DNA of 64,000 nucleotides from Plasmodiophora brassicae (Eukaryota): NCBI GenBank assembly GCA_036867785.1, contig CP145417.1, positions 744,001 to 808,000 of the forward strand, read 5' to 3'. Shown piece by piece: positions 11,381 to 23,689 of this stretch (position 1 is its first letter; each line of letters starts with the position of its first letter). The notes under the pieces were generated by a model. It saw only the letters and a program-made list of their open reading frames with translations, ran no database searches and was not told where the DNA came from. The position numbers and the translations under genes were made by a program.

Positions 11381-13752
11381 TCAGGGCATGGGCGAAGGCA
11401 GAGTATTGGTACCGGGTGAACCAGATGGCCCCCCGCTGATCGTATGATTGGACGTCGTATGGTGCTGCAAGTTCTTGGCCGGGGCGGTCAGCACTGTCCC
11501 CGTCTTCTTCGTCAGCGTCTCAGCTTCGCCTCTGGCAACGGCCATCATCTTGGGGACGAACAGGAAGGCGACGACGCATGAGACGCAGAACCAGATGGCG
11601 GCCGCCGTGATCACCGTCTGCACGCTGGGGTCGGGAACGTAGCGCAGGACGAGGTAGGCGATGGCGGAGATCAGGGCGACCGTGTAGATGGCCGCGCCGA
11701 TCTGCTTGCTGTCGTTCAGGGCAGGGATCGACACGTCTTTGGTGCGGAACGCGATGAAGGCACCCGCCAGCATGACGACGCCTTTGTAGAGCAGCAGGAA
11801 ACCGACGTACGCGTCCTGATGCGGCGAGTAGCATGTGACGTTGGTCGGCTGCAGGATCACGTCCGGGTCCGTCGGCGAGGCGTACGTCTCCAGTAGCGTC
11901 GTCAGGCGCGTCAGGCGCTCGCTGCCGAACCAGGTGGCGAGGGCGATCGAGTCGATGAGGAGCATGATGAACACCGATCCGATCAGCTGGCCGTTCGTGA
12001 TCTTGACGACCTGCATGGAGCCGAAGATCTTGAAGACGCGGTAGGTTTTGGCGAACAGGCCGCCGAACATGAGCGTGAAGGCGAAGACCATGAGAGTAAC
12101 CTGGGCGGTGCAGATGGAGGTGAAGGCGCTGTCCGACACCAGCTCGAGATGCGACTGCGACATCACAATGATCTGCACGTAACCCGTGATACACCCGAGC
12201 AGAATGACGTTGTTGATGACCGGCGACGACATCTTGATGTACGGCAGACCCCGGTACTTGACGTTGAAGGCGGCCACGATGGCGGAGACCACCAGACCCA
12301 AGCCCGACAGCGTCTGCAGAGTCGTCGCCGTCGTGGCATTCAGAGTGTGGAATACGGCCTGCCCCCTGGGCTCCTGAAGGGGAAGCGACCCGTCCCTGGT
12401 CGCCCAGTACCACGTGCGGCCGCCCTCGAACACAAGGCGGCTATCGGACAGCACGTATTCCGCAATGGGCACCATTTCGTATCCCGTCCCTGTCGTGCGA
12501 GGCCGGCAGTTGTACACCTCGTAGTTGCCCAGGCGGTCACCGGCAGCGTTCAGCTGGATCGGCCCGCTCAGCCCGTTCATCGACTGCGCCCGCAGCTGAC
12601 GTGTCATGTTCGCCTCGGGGACCTGCAGCGGATCGACGCCCCGACGCCAGAAGTGGTCGTACGCCAAAGCGCCGAATCGGACGGCATCGTAGAAGTACAG
12701 ATCTAGGTAGGCAGTGGTTCGTTCAGCGCCCGAGCTCGAGGGCCTCGATGCAGAGATTGACGGGCGGGCGTGGCGTTACCGTATGGGCTTAACGCCGAGA
12801 AGGGCTGGCCGTACGTCAGGCTGCTGTTCTGGTTGTACAGCGCGCTGTACGTCGTGAACACATGGGTGTACGTGTCCGAGCTGGTGTCGACCGTCGGGAT
12901 GATGTAGAACGACCCGCGCATGCGCTGGGCGGTCGCGTCGGTCAGCGGCTCGTTGGACCAGCCGTCGCCGCCGATGTGCAGGTACTTGGGCGCCAGCATG
13001 TCCAGGTCGTCGAGCGCCGAGAAGAACCTGTTCGGGTCGAACACGAAGCTGACGATGATGCGCGCGCCGGACGCCTTCACGATCTGCAGCTGGGGCACGG
13101 GCGACCCGTAATCCTCGTCGAACTGGGTGGCGGCCAGCACGTCGATGCCGAGCGTCGACGCCGTCTGGCTCAGCGTCGTCATGACGCCGACGCCCCAGGC
13201 GTCGTTGCGGGCGATAATGGCGATCTTGCGGTAGCCCAGGCTCCGGATGATGTTGGCCAGGGCCTTGCCGGCGTCCTGGTCGGGCGGGTAGACGCGAGAG
13301 AACCCCGGGTACTGGCCCTTGTTGGACAGCTGCGATGTGCTGCAGGACGAGCCCAGCATGGAGACGCCGATCGCGTCGCTGACCAGGGCAGCAGGAATGG
13401 CTTCCAGGGAGAACGTCGGCCCGACGTTGAGCGGGACGCGCCGGTCGACGTGACGCACGTTGCCGTCGGCCAACCCGGTCTGGAGGGTGGAGAAGATCCC
13501 GCCCTTGAGCGTGTGCGTCGTGGCGCCCCAGTATCCGACCAGCGTGCGCCCGTTCAGAACGGTCGGGTCGGCGTTGACGTCCCGAATGGCCATCTCCACC
13601 AAGGCTCGCGTCGCGAGCTGACTCGGCATGTTGATGTCGACGGCCAGCAGGATGCCCATCATGACGGGCGGGTTGGTCTCGTTCGCCTTCGGGTAGACGG
13701 CCGGGTACGTCGCCGCGCACGGCCAGGCGGCAAGGCACGGCCCGTCCGTCAT
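11381..13752 (-). CDS. Class C (GABA-B-like) GPCR: Venus-flytrap ligand domain plus 7TM
   Basis: LSNKGQYPGFSRVYPPD, YDAV, GLSGPIQLNAAGDR, IKMSSPVINNVILLGC, FGGLFAKTYRV, IPALNDSKQIGAAIY, LFVPK; intron 12779-12703. Confidence 0.92.
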
Positions 13753-13941
13753 GGCCTTCGGAAGAACCGTTCGGTCGCACCGCTGGCTCTGGCAGAATAC
13801 GTAAACGGAGAGACGACTTGTCAGTACTGTGCCGAGCAGGTCGAATCGAAGTCACCTCATAGCCCTGTATCACTTCTGGAAGGGGCTTCCGGTCACAAGC
13901 ATCAATTAGCAACCCTCTCGACTTATTGCTGTCCGCGCGCG

Positions 13942-15881
13942 ATGGCATCATGGCCGAGCGGGTCTGCCACAACCATGGTCGACCTCGACATGTCGCTCGA
14001 CAATGGTGACCTGACCGACGGCCACGTTCGGAATCACCTGTACTGCAATATTCAGCGGGTTGCGTCCGTTGCTGGACGGTACGTTCGGTAGGCAGCTCCC
14101 GTCGGAGTCGATGTTTCTCCGGAGACACGATATCCGGCTCCGAAGGTCGGCGATGCGGTTTCCGGTGTTTCGCCTGCAGCATCCAGCCATGACCGTGTGG
14201 CGAGCTGTGCTGATGCTCGTTGCCGTCGTCGACGCGTTCATTGTGCCCGTCAGCTTCGTGTTCTTCCCGCACCGGTCCACCCACCTGAACACGGGCGAAC
14301 TCGTCGTCGACTGCCTGTTCCTGGTCGCCATCGCCGTCAACTTCAACCTGCAGGTCCCGCTGAAGAACGGCCAGGTCGTTGCCGAACGGAAGCAAATCGC
14401 CAAATACTACCTGCGGCACGATTTCGTCCTCGACCTCATCTTCGCCATCCCTTACGAATTTCTCAGCTACCAACTGGCAGTCGTCAACGTTTCGAAGGTT
14501 GGCATACGCACGTTCCGACTTGTTCGCGCCGTCCAGCTCCTGCGCCTGATCCGTATCGTCGAGGTCGAACGGCTCAGCAAGTCGCTGCTGTTCGCCATCG
14601 CCATTCGCCTACAGACGTTCCGCGCCATCCAACTCGGTTGGATACATGCACCGTTCTCATACACGGCCAGGTCCCTGATTTCTGTATCGCAGTTCTGTTC
14701 GTCATCATTGTGGGGCACTGGACCGCCTGTGCGTTCGCCTGGATGACGTTTCCCAGCGATGCACGCCGGGTCCTCCCTGGCGAGTCCGCTCCCTGCTATG
14801 TGTATTACTGCAGCGGTCGATCTGATGTCTCGTTTGCAGGTTGTACGTCGCATCGATGGAGTGGTCATTGTCGACCATCACGACCCTGGGCAACGCGTAC
14901 GTCGTCAACACAAGCGAGCCAGGTCGCATCTTCGCTTGCGTCATCATGGCCGTCGGCGTGTGCGTGTTCACGTTCGCGATCGGGCTGATCGTCGAGTACA
15001 ACAGGCGAGGATCGCGCCGCACCGTCGAGTTCCATACCCAGTTCGAGCGCGTCGAGAAATACCTGCGGGCGCGACACGTCCCACCGGACCTCAAGGCCCA
15101 GATCCTCGAGCACTTCGCGTTCAGCAAGAACCTATCGACGGCGCGCGCCTTCGGTGAACGTCTCCTGCTTCGGGAGCTCCCTAGGAAGATTCGCGGCGAC
15201 ATCGCCAGGTACATCACAACGACGTCGCAGGTTCCGTCGCTTCAGGGCGCGTCGCCGCTCATCCTGGAGCTGTTCGTCGTCATGGACGCGAGGTGCTACC
15301 CGCCGAACGAGGTCCTGTTTAAGGCGTTCGAACCGGTCGACCGCCTGTTCATCGTAACAAGTGGGGTCGTCGAGCGAAGATACGCGGGCGCGGTGGCCGA
15401 GCCGGAGGTCCTGGGCCCGGGCGCCCATTTCGGCGCGACGTCGCTACTCGAAGTGTACCCGATGCCACCTGCCACCGTCAGGACCTTGTCCCGGTGTGAA
15501 TTGCACGTCCTTGACCGGCAGGCCCTGATCCAGACGTTGCACCAGCACCCCGACATTCGACGGGAGATCCTCGAGGAGGCGGGGCGCCGGCTTCAGGCCC
15601 CGCCTGTCGATCAGCATCATGCGCCGAGGCATATCGCTGGGCTGGCGTTCGCCGACGAACGATATGGCGTGTTCACGGAGGCTCCAAAGACAATGGACCG
15701 GGTCGAATTCGCGGCCCTGAACGCCCTGATCCAGCGCATGTCGCTACGCCAGGCCCGTGCCCTGTTCCTGACCGTCGAATCGCTGGCGTCTCGATGGCAC
15801 GTCCAGCGCGCCCTCTTTGCCGCGGTTGGTACCGTCCTTGACGAGCTGTTCCAGCACCCCGACATGCTGGCGGCGTCCTGA
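13942..15881 (+). CDS. Cyclic-nucleotide-gated/EAG-like 6TM ion channel, multi-exon
   Basis: S1 WRAVLMLVAVVDAFIVPV, IAKYYLRHDFVLDLIFAIP, S4 RLVRAVQLLRLIR, GHWTAC, pore YVASMEWSLSTITTLGN, C-linker (RELPRKIRGDI), cNMP-binding-like domain (LFIVTSGVVE…GAHFG…ATVRTLSRCELHVL). 3' end could extend. Confidence 0.85.
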
Positions 15882-16115
15882 ACCGACACCTGTACCTTCC
15901 ATTTGTTTGAAGAACGTGGCCCCGACCGCGATGGTGCCTTACTTGCCTGACCTTCGGTGTCGCCGGGAGCCCCTCATAGGTTCTCAGGTTGGGGACGAGT
16001 TTGAGCGAACAACGCGCCATGCCATGGACGGCCTGGCCGGCGTCGAGCGCGTACCGCCCGAGATCACGAGTTCGTGGTGGATTGCAGAACACGCGACGTT
16101 TACGTTTATCATTAA

Positions 16116-19100
16116 CTAGAGGGTGCTGGCCGACTTGACCAGGACGCGGACGTCGCCCACTGGTCTGGTCGCCCGCCTTGGCAGCAATCGGAACGAACCG
16201 GCCAGGTTGGCGACGAACGCTTTCTCGTCCGGCTTGGCCGACTCCGACTGCTGGGCGAGCTTCAGAGGTGGTAAACGCTGCTGCTGCTGCTGCTCGTCGA
16301 CTTCAGCCGCGCTGTCGTCATGATTGCGCTTCAGGTTGTAGAGCGCCATGCTGTGCGATGGTGCCCCGGTTGAGTTGTAGTGCCCTTGTCGCAGGCTGGC
16401 CTTCGACGGTTGACAGGTCCCATGGGGGCACGGCCAAGGGCCACCTTTCAGCGCGTCCGCGTTCGCGGCCGACCGCACCGCCGTCTGCGACATCGACCGG
16501 CGAAGGAGCCCACCGATCTCGTGCTGGACGTTGCGGACGTCGTGAACGATATCGGCGGGGACGACGCGAGCAGCGCCCGGTTGGGGCGTGATGGCCGCAG
16601 ACCCCGACGTCGCCGTTCGATGCGGCCGGTCGTCGGCCGCATCCCATTTGGCGTTCTTGAACCGGTCGATCATGGTGGCCTGCAGGACGGTCAGCGAGCG
16701 CCCTTCGTAGTCGGCGTTGTACGGGCCGCGGTGCTGGCCCATGACGCAATCCAGGACGTCCATGATGCCGTGCACGTCGCTCGCGATACGCTTAAATGCC
16801 AGGAGTGCCTCAGCGGCGATCCCAGACCGGAGCAACGCGTTGCAACGATCGCGCTGGTCTTCCACAGCGGCCACCATCATCCGCAGCGGCGGGACGGATC
16901 GGAATCGCCCGCGATGGAACTTCTGGATAGCGTGGTCCAGACCAAACGGTCGCGTCCGAAACCGATGCCACTGGTCGGTGACGGCGCGAAGCAGACCGAG
17001 GCACTGGGCGTGTGTGTCCACCGCCGCGCCGTGCTGAACGGACGGCACGTACAGGAGGACCGGGAGGGTCGGATCCTTGCAGGTCGCCAGAAGCGGCTCC
17101 AGGCCCGACGTGAACGCCGACAGCGACCGCGGTTCCGACATGGCCTGATCCAGTGCCGCCTCGACCTGAAGAAGGTGGTAAGAAGAAGACACGATGCCAA
17201 CGTGGGGTGCCGGTTCCTGACCTGAGCCGATGTTGCTCGCCAGAACACGGCCTGGATGGCGTGGGCGACCTCGGCCCGGCGGCAGTCTGGCGTTACGACT
17301 GTGAATAAGCGGGCGGCCAGGTGCCGGAACCGGGACGCCAGCATGGCCTCTTTGCCGATCGCGAACTCGAGGAACGCGTGCAGGCCGATGAACGGGACGA
17401 CGCTGGCGGCCACACCTTCGTCCACCGACAGGTTGACCGGGACGGCCAGCGCGTTCAGTTCCTGCTCGAAGACGCGCAGGCGGCACCGGGACACGCTCGG
17501 GAAGAAATCGGCCAGGGCGCTGGCGAACTCCGATTCGCTGATGGCGAGGCCCTCGCTGACCGAGTGCAACGCCGCCGGCGCCTCTGGCCAATGCTGCTCC
17601 AGCGTACGACGCGCACGGATGTACAGGGACAGCAACGGGGTCGTATCCTCCCCATACGCGTTGTCGCAGAACCGCTTGAACGTGTTCACCTGGCGCGGCG
17701 AAGTCAGCAAGGCGTGGGGCGCTAGCGGCACGAAGGCGGCGGTGCGTGCCTCGGTGAGCGTTGGTGCCAGCGCGGCGGTCGACGAGAACAGGTCCTCACA
17801 GTGCGACGCGACCAACGACGGGATGCCGAAGTTGACGGGAGCGTACTCGTTGAAGATGTAGTCGGCCAAGGGCAACAACGCCAACCCGCAGCGGCTTCGT
17901 TGCAGGTCCGCCTCTGTCTTCGACCTGAACGGATGTCAGCAACCGTCCGACAGCCGACGATCCCAGGCGGCGGGTACCTGTAGACGTGAGCGATCCGTTT
18001 CAGGACGGACCGCTGGTGGATCAGATCGCGATCCTCGGCAGGTAGCATCGGCGGCAACGTTGGCACCGATAACGACCTCGCCTTGTCTAACGGCAGCGAT
18101 AACGTTGCCGGTTGTTCAGGCGTCGTTGCTGCTGGCGTTGATGATGCAGGTGGGACGACGGCCTTGGGACGCGCCAGTGTGTGTCGTGGCTGGGGGACGC
18201 TGACGGTACGTTGTGGACGCGGCACGGCGACCGTTCCTGGGAACGCTTCCGAAATATGGTTGGGCTCGGCGTGCCACCCGCCGCTCATCGCGCCCTCGTC
18301 CTGCACGACTCGTCGACGCTGGTCGGCGCGCTCCTTCTCTTCCTCGTGCATCTCCTCGATCCACACATGGTCCGTTACACCGTGTCGTGCCCCAGCGGCT
18401 CGTGCGGCTGGTAGTGTCCCAGTTGACAGTGAGTGTCGATTCGCACGTGGCCCCGCCTTTCGTCGCGGGACAGCCCGGCTGCCAGGTGCAGGTCGCTGGT
18501 CACCACTCTGGTCACCGCTCGGCTTCTCGCCCAACATGACGGCACCGATCGGTAACACCGGGTCATCTGAATCGTCGGCAGGATCGTCATCGTGATCCGG
18601 TACGACGGCACTCGCGGTGTGCGTCGCCCCTGTTTCATTCGATGACGCCTGGCTTTTCGTCCTGCGCTTGCCGACGCGGCGCGCGCGTCCCTTTGCTGTG
18701 CTCGTCATCTTCGTAGCCAGCTCGGCATCGCCTTCGCCGTCAACCGATTGGCTCTGGACACCGGACGCGGCATTGCACTCCTCGGAGACGTCTGTTGCTG
18801 CAGACGCTGCCGCTGCTGCTGCTGATGCTGTTGTTGTTGATGTTACTGCCGCCGGTGTGGTTGCAGGTGCCGGCGCTGCTACCGTTGTCGCTGGTGCCCC
18901 TGCTGCCGACGTTCCGGTTGTGAATGAAGTTGTTGCAGGTGCGGATATTGACACCGATGGTTGCCTCCCGCGTCGTCTGCCGGCAGACTTGCCGCCATGA
19001 CGCTGGACAAGCAGTTCTTCCTGGAGGGCCTGGATGGATGCACGCGCATCCTCGATGTACTTCTCGTACATTTCGCGTGCGAGCTCGGCGCTCTTCTTAA

Positions 19101-21311
19101 TGGCAGCGTTCTCCGATTCCAGCTGGGCGCATCGCGCGTCCGCTGACATCGTTGCCGACCTGTCATCGTCTGCAACGCGTGCAGCACCTGGCGTATCTCT
19201 TGGCGCTGTTGCCGAGCCCGCCCGCGTCGACGTTCGCGGTGGCGCTGTCGCAGGTTCCGGTGTTGACGGTCCCAGGGCGGTTTCCGCCTCGGGTGACATC
19301 GACAGTGATAACACGTCTGACGGCTCGGTCGCATGTGCGGGTGTCGGTGATATGGTCGAAGGTCGCTGTAGCCCTGTCTCGCGAGAAGGTGACCGTCGCT
19401 GCTTGAGCGCTTGTCCCGCCGACCGGACCCGGCTGTGCCGTCCTGGCGACGTGGTCCCTGCCGTCTCCAACATCTGGGCCTCGTTCCTGTTTGCGGCGCA
19501 CGCGTCGTTGTCCGCTTCGCGGGACGGCATCGGACGCTCAGGAGCAAGCACGATATCGTCGTCCTCGTTATCGACGTCATCGCCCGCGCTGGCTTTGTTG
19601 TGGGACTCTTGAAGCCGTAGAGGCGTCCGCGCCTCAGGCGCGCCAACGTTGCCGTCAGGAGGATCCCATTCGACATCCTGACGGTCTTGCGAGGTTGTCG
19701 CAGGCGTGAAGACGATATCTGCCGGAAGCGTCGCTGTCGACGACGACGACGAGGCCGCCATGGATCCCCGCCGACTGCCATCGTCGACAAAGGCAACGCG
19801 CATGACCTCGCCGTCGGGCCGGCGCACGCGATTGCACCTCATCAGCGCTATGGCCGCCATCTGGGCGACACGTCGCGTCGTTAGCGACCGCCGCAACGAG
19901 AGTCGATGCACCGGTGACCGACCTCAGGCGTCCTCATCTGCACGACCGACGCGCCGTTGCCTCGGACGACCTTGTCGACAATGCCGAACTGCTCAAAGTG
20001 CCTTCGAATACGTGCGCCGTTCCTGGTGGGATCTTCGAGCCCGCGCACGACGAGCGTCTCGTTCGGGAACGCGTTCGCGAACGCGACCCGGGTGCCGTCT
20101 CCTGCGCCGGACAGGATCGTCCGGCCCGTCTGGGCCGCGCACACGCTGACGAACTCGACGAACACGACGGCGCCCTCGCGTCGCCCCGTCTGGATCAGCC
20201 GTGTGCGACGGGCGACATCGAGGACGGCGAGCGACGCGGTGACGTCGCCTTCGGTGGTCGTGGTCGGGTACCCCCCGATGATCAACGTCGCCGTCGGCGT
20301 CGCCGACCTGAGCTGTTCGCTGAGTTCCATGCCGATCAGGGCGACCAGCTGGCCGTGCTCCTCGTCCAGACGGGCGCGTATCGCTTGGCACTCCTCGACC
20401 GCGGCCTGCCGTTCGTGCTGGGCGCTGACGATACGCGCCATGCAGGACGCCGTCTCGACGTTGTGCCGAGCGCGGACATCGTCCAGCGTCGACCTCTCGA
20501 TCTGGACTTGGCGGCGCTCCTCCTGCAGCTGGTCGACCGTTCGGTCGTGGTCGGCGCGCAGCTCGCCGAGTGCGTTCGACAGCGCGGCTGCACGCACCTC
20601 CGCGGTTGCCAACGCGCCACGCACCCGCTCCGCGTCCGCCTCTGCCTGGGCCAACGCCTCCCGCAGAACCCTGACCCGGTCGAACGCCACCTCGCGAACG
20701 CGCTCGCCGCGGACCCAAATGTCCAGCAGGAGCTGGCCCCGTTCGGTGCAGACCACCGTCACCTGACTGCCTCATGGCACACATCAGCACCAGGTGCGTG
20801 CCGCGTTCCAGTACGTATGCACCCACCCGATGGCTTCCCGCGCCAGGACGCCCATGAAGTTGTGTTCGTCGACGAGGAGCTGGGCCTCGGCAGCGGGGTC
20901 GTGACGGTATCGCTGGCGACGTAGGTCGAACTCGGCGAGGAATTTGTCGAGAGACTCGCGAAGCAGCAGGGCTTCCATGCGAGAAGCGGGCCGGGCGGCA
21001 CGTGTCGCGAAGTTCTTCACGTCCATCAAGTGGGAGACGTCCGCATCGCTGATGGCGTCCTCCGGGATCGGCTTGGGTGGCTTCTTGACCAGTTGGCGGA
21101 TCTGTTGCACGGTCGGGATGCTGGGTGGGCGCTCGTGCGCCCCCCGGTAGATCTCGTCGATGTCCAGGTCGCGCAGCCATTGCTCTGTGACCTCCTTGGC
21201 GTACCGGTTGTCGTCATCGTCTTCGGCGGAAACGGTGGATGATGCGTCTACGGCTGCCGTTGTGGCGGGGGACGATGATGCCAAGGCCCCACCTGCCGCA
21301 TCGTCGTTCAT
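16116..21311 (-). CDS. Large multi-exon protein: axonemal dynein light chain (p28-like) domain, coiled coil, RRM-like domains, low-complexity region
   Basis: RPASRMEALLLRESLD…REAIG|QVTVVCTERGQLLLDIW resembles the p28/AXDND1 domain. TLVVRGLED…RRHFEQFGIVDKV…VVQMRTPE|MAAIAL…MRVAF is RRM-like. ORFs 20784-21311, 19881-20762, 17722-19911, 16877-17884 and 16116-17591 join through short GT-AG introns. Confidence 0.65.
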
Positions 21312-21508
21312 GGGTTAGTACGGGCGTACGTACTGGGGTTGTACGATCGAATCCCAGATTTCGAGGATATATATGCTACTATGGCCGCAATGCAACGATA
21401 TCGTGAACAGATTGATCAACAGTTTCAATGTCCGTTCGTGTATCAGTCCAGTGAGGCACTTCTGCGAGGGGAAGGTTGGGGTGCCAGGTGACGAGATGCG
21501 GTCACCCG

Positions 21509-23402
21509 TCAGTGTTTGGGTTGGCGTGGCTTGATGACTGAGAATTTGCCGTTCGGTGGCCCATGGTCACCCGTGTCGTTGCCGACGAAGGTGAACTCCT
21601 GGTCGCATTCCCAGTCGATGCGCTGGATCCAGGTCCCGATCAGGACCTTGAACAGGGCAAGGCCCACACCGGCACTGTACAGGGCACAGCCGAATCGAGC
21701 TGTTATATACAAGGGCAGCCGGCCCGATCAGCACGCTACTCCTGGATCACGTGCTATCAGGCACCGTACCTGTCTGAACTGGCTTTGGGTTATGTTCGGC
21801 CTCGACGAACCCGAAGTTGAAGACCTGCCACTTGAGCGATGGGTTGTCCAGGAAGCGGCGAGCATTGAACCGGTTGGGCGCGTCGTAAACGGTGCCGTCC
21901 CGCTGGCAGAGTGGCAGGGCAGCGCAGATCAGCTCATCCTTGCGGACCTTGTAGAGGTTGCCATCGGAGGTGGGCACCTGCAGGTCCTTCATGGCCTTCT
22001 TGAAGATGACACGCGGGCCCATGAAGAACCGCATCCACTCGTAGGCGAACGAATCCAACAACGGGAACTTGCCGTCGACCGTGTCGAAACGCAGAGGCTC
22101 GTCGCCGACCTCGCGACGCAGCTCGTCCAGGGTCGACAGCTGCTCTGACAGCACAGCAATGGCTGACGCCAGCGTCAGGCCGATACCCGCAACGCCATTG
22201 AACTGGACCAGGAACTGGAGCCAGAGGTCCAGGTCGGCGGTCGTGTACCCCATCGTCTCCGCCATCTTGCGGTAGGTCTCGTACAGGCGCGAGTGCCGGA
22301 CGATGTCGAGGCCTTCCGCATTCAACGTGCTGGAATGCGTCGCTGCCATCTTCAGCTTGCAAAGCGCCTGTCCAGAGCCGTTAGTGGATACGAACCAGTA
22401 TCGAACGTTGAGCGACCGACACTGCCGACTAGGGTGCCCAGCCAGTTGCTCGTCTGCAGGTCAATGATGCAGTCCACCGGGTACCCTCGCAGTGCCTTCA
22501 GACTGGTAATTCACCATCAGTTGTGGGCGGGCCATGTTGGCACGTGTAAGGAGCTGGTCGTACCTGGGAGGAGTCGTGTTGAGCAGCCATTTGAACATGA
22601 ACTGACCGACGAACTTGTACGCGACGTCCCTGATGGTGTACTGGTCCGGGTGCCTGAAGACACCGGGCATGAAGTCGTCGTACACGATCTGCTGCGATTG
22701 CCGCAGGGCTTCGTCGACGTGCTTGAACCGGCTGTGCATGACGGCCACGGTGAGCGCCCGGTCCACCTTGTGCCCGGTGGCATCGCTGGCCACCAATGAC
22801 GGCATCGCGTTTTTCAGCAGACTTGGAGCAACTCCCAGAGGCCCGAACCTGATGAACCCTCACATTAAGCCACACGTTGTCCTGCAACGATACAGGTCAT
22901 TCGCCGACCGTTTAAAGTCTTCCCTGTCGAGATCGGATGAGGGGCTCCCCAGGAAGAACTTGGCGGACGCGTGATCGGTGATGACAACGACAGGCAGGCC
23001 GATGTGCATTCGGAAAACGGGAACGCCTCCTGCGGCTGCTCTCGCATCGATGAAGGACTGCATCAGGTTGGTGGCCCAGCGCAAGACATCGATGGCGGGC
23101 AATGGGTTGACCGGTCCCGTCCAGGATGCCACGTAACGGGCCAGGCGAACGACGCGTGATTCGTGATAGGCAGGCTCAAGCACGGCTGGTTTGCGGTTGC
23201 CTTGAGGTGCGTGTCCCTGCTCGCGCGCTTGTACTGGTGCCGCACCTGGTTCCGGAACCGGATCCGCTGCGAGTACACCTGGAACCTTACTGGGGGGCTT
23301 CTGCTTCGAGGCCGGCTTGGCGGCCGGCTTGCTGTCGCTGTCTCTGGTCAGCTGCTGGTCGACCAGCTGCTTGTCGTCGCTAACGTCAAACGCGTCCGGC
23401 AT
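21509..23402 (-). CDS. Cytochrome P450 of the CYP74 clan (allene oxide synthase/hydroperoxide lyase-like), 5 exons
   Basis: VFRMHIG…VITDHAS, I-helix QFNGVAG, K-helix EWMR, KAMKDLQVPTSDGNLYKVRKDELICAALPLCQRDGTVYDAPNRFNARRF, and an elongated haem loop FNFGFVEAEHNPKPVQT|ARFGC; four GT-AG introns (first 22908-22849). Confidence 0.85.
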
Positions 23403-23581
23403 GGCTTCGCACGACGCCGATGACTCCGAACAAATTCAAATCGCTCTTGTGTACGGGGCTACCGCGTTGACCCGTCCACACGCTATCGCGGACGGTCGTT
23501 CGCGTCGCATCTGTCGTATTTCAGAGGTACATTGGGCGATCGCGTCCTATTCCGGTACGGGGTTCCCTTAGCAATTCGTAC

Positions 23582-23689
23582 CCCTCAACCAGACCCATCT
23601 TCGGTACGGTCGAATTGCGCAGCAGGGCCCTATGCTAAATTACAGTAATCGAAAAGGGTACCCGTACGATCGGATGGGTTTGTTGAGGG
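23582..23689. repeat. Imperfect 28-bp inverted repeat upstream of the CYP74-like gene
   Basis: ccctcaaccagacccatcttcggtacgg (23582-23609) versus ccgtacgatcggatgggtttgttgaggg (23662-23689). Confidence 0.6.

Noticed and set aside
12776-14473. Long antisense or alternate-frame ORFs (e.g. 12776-14473, 12862-14091, 19914-20924, 24-599, 62690-63829)
   Set aside because: Shadows of GC3-rich real genes; Arg/Pro-rich translations without motifs.
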